NCBI RefSeq assembly: GCF_004010195.1
Contig: NC_057757.1
Coordinates: 6,035,980-6,099,979 of the forward strand
Reading direction: 5' to 3'
From: Chiloscyllium plagiosum
Taxonomy: Eukaryota
Length of the DNA: 64,000 nt
The translations under genes and the position numbers were made by a program. Below the pieces are notes generated by a model, which saw nothing but the letters and a program-made list of their open reading frames with translations, was not told the DNA's origin and searched no databases. Positions 62,496 through 64,000 of this stretch are shown in pieces (within the stretch, counting starts at the first letter, position 1; each line of letters begins with the position of its first letter).

Positions 62496-62669
62496 GCGTG
62501 AACTCGTCGGCGAGGACACTGGTCCCGAGCCAGAGACAGGTTTTACAGCAGCGTGTAGCCCTGACCAGCTGGCTGTGATGAACAGCACGGCTTACTGCTG
62601 GGCGATTGCAGACCCTCAGGGGCCATTCCGAGACTGCCATCACAATGTTGATCCGGAGCAATATTACCA
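62496..62669 (+). CDS. Exon 26: linker/C8-4 N-terminal part (gene continues beyond window)
   Basis: acag|G...CA|gtaagc; RELVGEDTGPEPETGFTAACSPDQLAVMNSTAYCWAIADPQGPFRDCHHNVDPEQYY. Confidence 0.9.
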
Positions 62670-62804
62670 GTAAGCAAAATCCAACATCATTAGCTCCGAT
62701 GGGGTTTTATCCATGCGCTGAGAGGGAGGTTGGATTTTAGATTTTTCAGACATGTGGAACGATTTCCCTTCCTTGCTGTCACTGCCTGTGACACTGATAC
62801 CGGC

Positions 62805-63030
62805 TCTGGATGTGGGTTTGCTCGCTGAGCTGGAAGGTTTGTTTTCAGATGTTTCGTCACCATATTAGGACACATCTTCAGTGAGCATCCGAATGAAGCA
62901 CTGGTGGTGTAGCCTGCATTCTATTTACATGTTTGAGTTTCCTTGGGTTGGTGATGTCATTTCCCTGTGGTGACATCATTTCCTATGGTGATGTCATTTC
63001 CTGTTTTTTTTCTCTCAGGGGTGGCAAATG
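62805..63030 (-). mobile_element. Penelope family C terminal fragment
   Basis: - strand tca-CTGAAGA-tgtgtcctaatatggtgac-GAAACATC-tga; similar to 24331-24560. Confidence 0.7.
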
Positions 63031-64000
63031 GGCTGTTAAAGGCCATAAGCAGTGACAGACTGGGCTGCGTGCATAGATGTGATTAATTTTGTTAGTCTCC
63101 CTGCTTAAGGAAGAATTAATCTGCATTGGAGCCAATTCAACAAAGGTTCAGTAAATTGGCCAAGACAAATATTGACTTGATCACCATCTAGGGACCTGCT
63201 CTTGGAGGTACCACTGAATTAATGGTGGCAGGAGGTAGTGTTTCTACTGCGCCACAAGAACCCCTAAAAAACTGAATGCTTCACAAATCTTAATTTTGTT
63301 AGTAATAAGTTGGAGTGACTGCCACTAGTCCTTTCCTGTAGTTTTCAGAGTTTCCTAAACCAAAGCCAGCAATTAGCCTGCCCTGATAATATTTCACATG
63401 CCAGGGCAACTCTCCCCTTAGAATCCCTTAGAAGGTTCCAGAATGCATCTCCTCAGATACCATTCCCTTCTCTCCTTCATCTGGCTGTACATTGTAAGGC
63501 CAAACAGCCTCTCCCCTCTGCTGACCACCTAGAATGGCTGTCTGTGAGATACATTCATTTGTAGGGAAGCCTGTAACCTGATCTCAAAATTGGCTTCCGG
63601 TGCCCTCTTTCCCCGTGGCAATATGAAACACATCGGCTTTGCATTCAGGTAGAAATGTTGATCATAGAATTATTATAGCAGTCAGCCATTCAGCCCATCA
63701 CCCCAAACTTGTGATAGAACAAATCACCCAATGCCATTCCTCCACCTTCTCCCTATACATTCTCCCTTTTCAGACAATAATCAAGCTCCTCTTGAAAGCC
63801 TCGATTGAACCCGCCTCCACCACCCTTTCAGACAGTCCATTCCAAACCCTAAGCATTTGCATGAAAAAAATTTCTCATGTCGCCATTGGCTAATTCTCTT
63901 CAACCTGTGTCCTTCCATTCTCAATCCTTCCACCAATGGGAACTGTCTCTCCCTTTCTACTCTACCCAGAGCTTTCATGATTTTGAACACTGTAGTCAAA

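Larger units (their letters stand above)
1..62669 (+). other. zan: Zonadhesin-like multi-exon gene (mucin repeat + D1-D4 VWD assemblies), partial at both ends; 26 exons in window
   Basis: 26 exons with canonical GT/AG sites join in phase into one stop-free frame (~1,470 aa): PT mucin, (VWD-C8-TIL-TILa)x3, VWD-C8. Motifs such as DMCQFQG, FDGNHHLEIKLPNTYFGKVCGMCGNFN, FDGRENA and CSPDQLAVMNST resemble recalled mammalian ZAN D1, D3 and D4. Orthology needs a search. Confidence 0.75.

Overview
Eukaryotic (vertebrate) genomic DNA, almost certainly a cartilaginous fish, because it is dense in HE1-type V-SINEs and CR1/HER1-type LINE fragments. The whole window lies inside one large + strand gene. I traced 26 GT-AG exons with consistent splice phases, about 4.4 kb of CDS (~1,470 aa), open at both window edges. 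They encode a Pro/Thr heptapeptide mucin repeat, three complete VWD-C8-TIL-TILa assemblies, and a fourth VWD plus the start of its C8. Domain by domain this resembles zonadhesin (ZAN) D1-D4 rather than generic FCGBP/tectorin; that comparison is from recalled sequence, not a search. Notable gene features: no D0 module, GDPH in all four VWDs, paired loss of disulfide cysteines in D4, an acidic insert followed by an RQRYRR convertase-type site formed across a splice junction, and an exact tandem copy of one 145-nt exon. The introns carry three families of short, TSD-flanked, often palindromic insertions with minimal hammerhead-ribozyme cores, one of them linked to a Penelope GIY-YIG remnant. They also carry solo LTRs, a Tc1/mariner-type MITE, a Rex1 fragment, minisatellites and four assembly gaps. 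Most entries in the ORF track are spurious translations of repeats.
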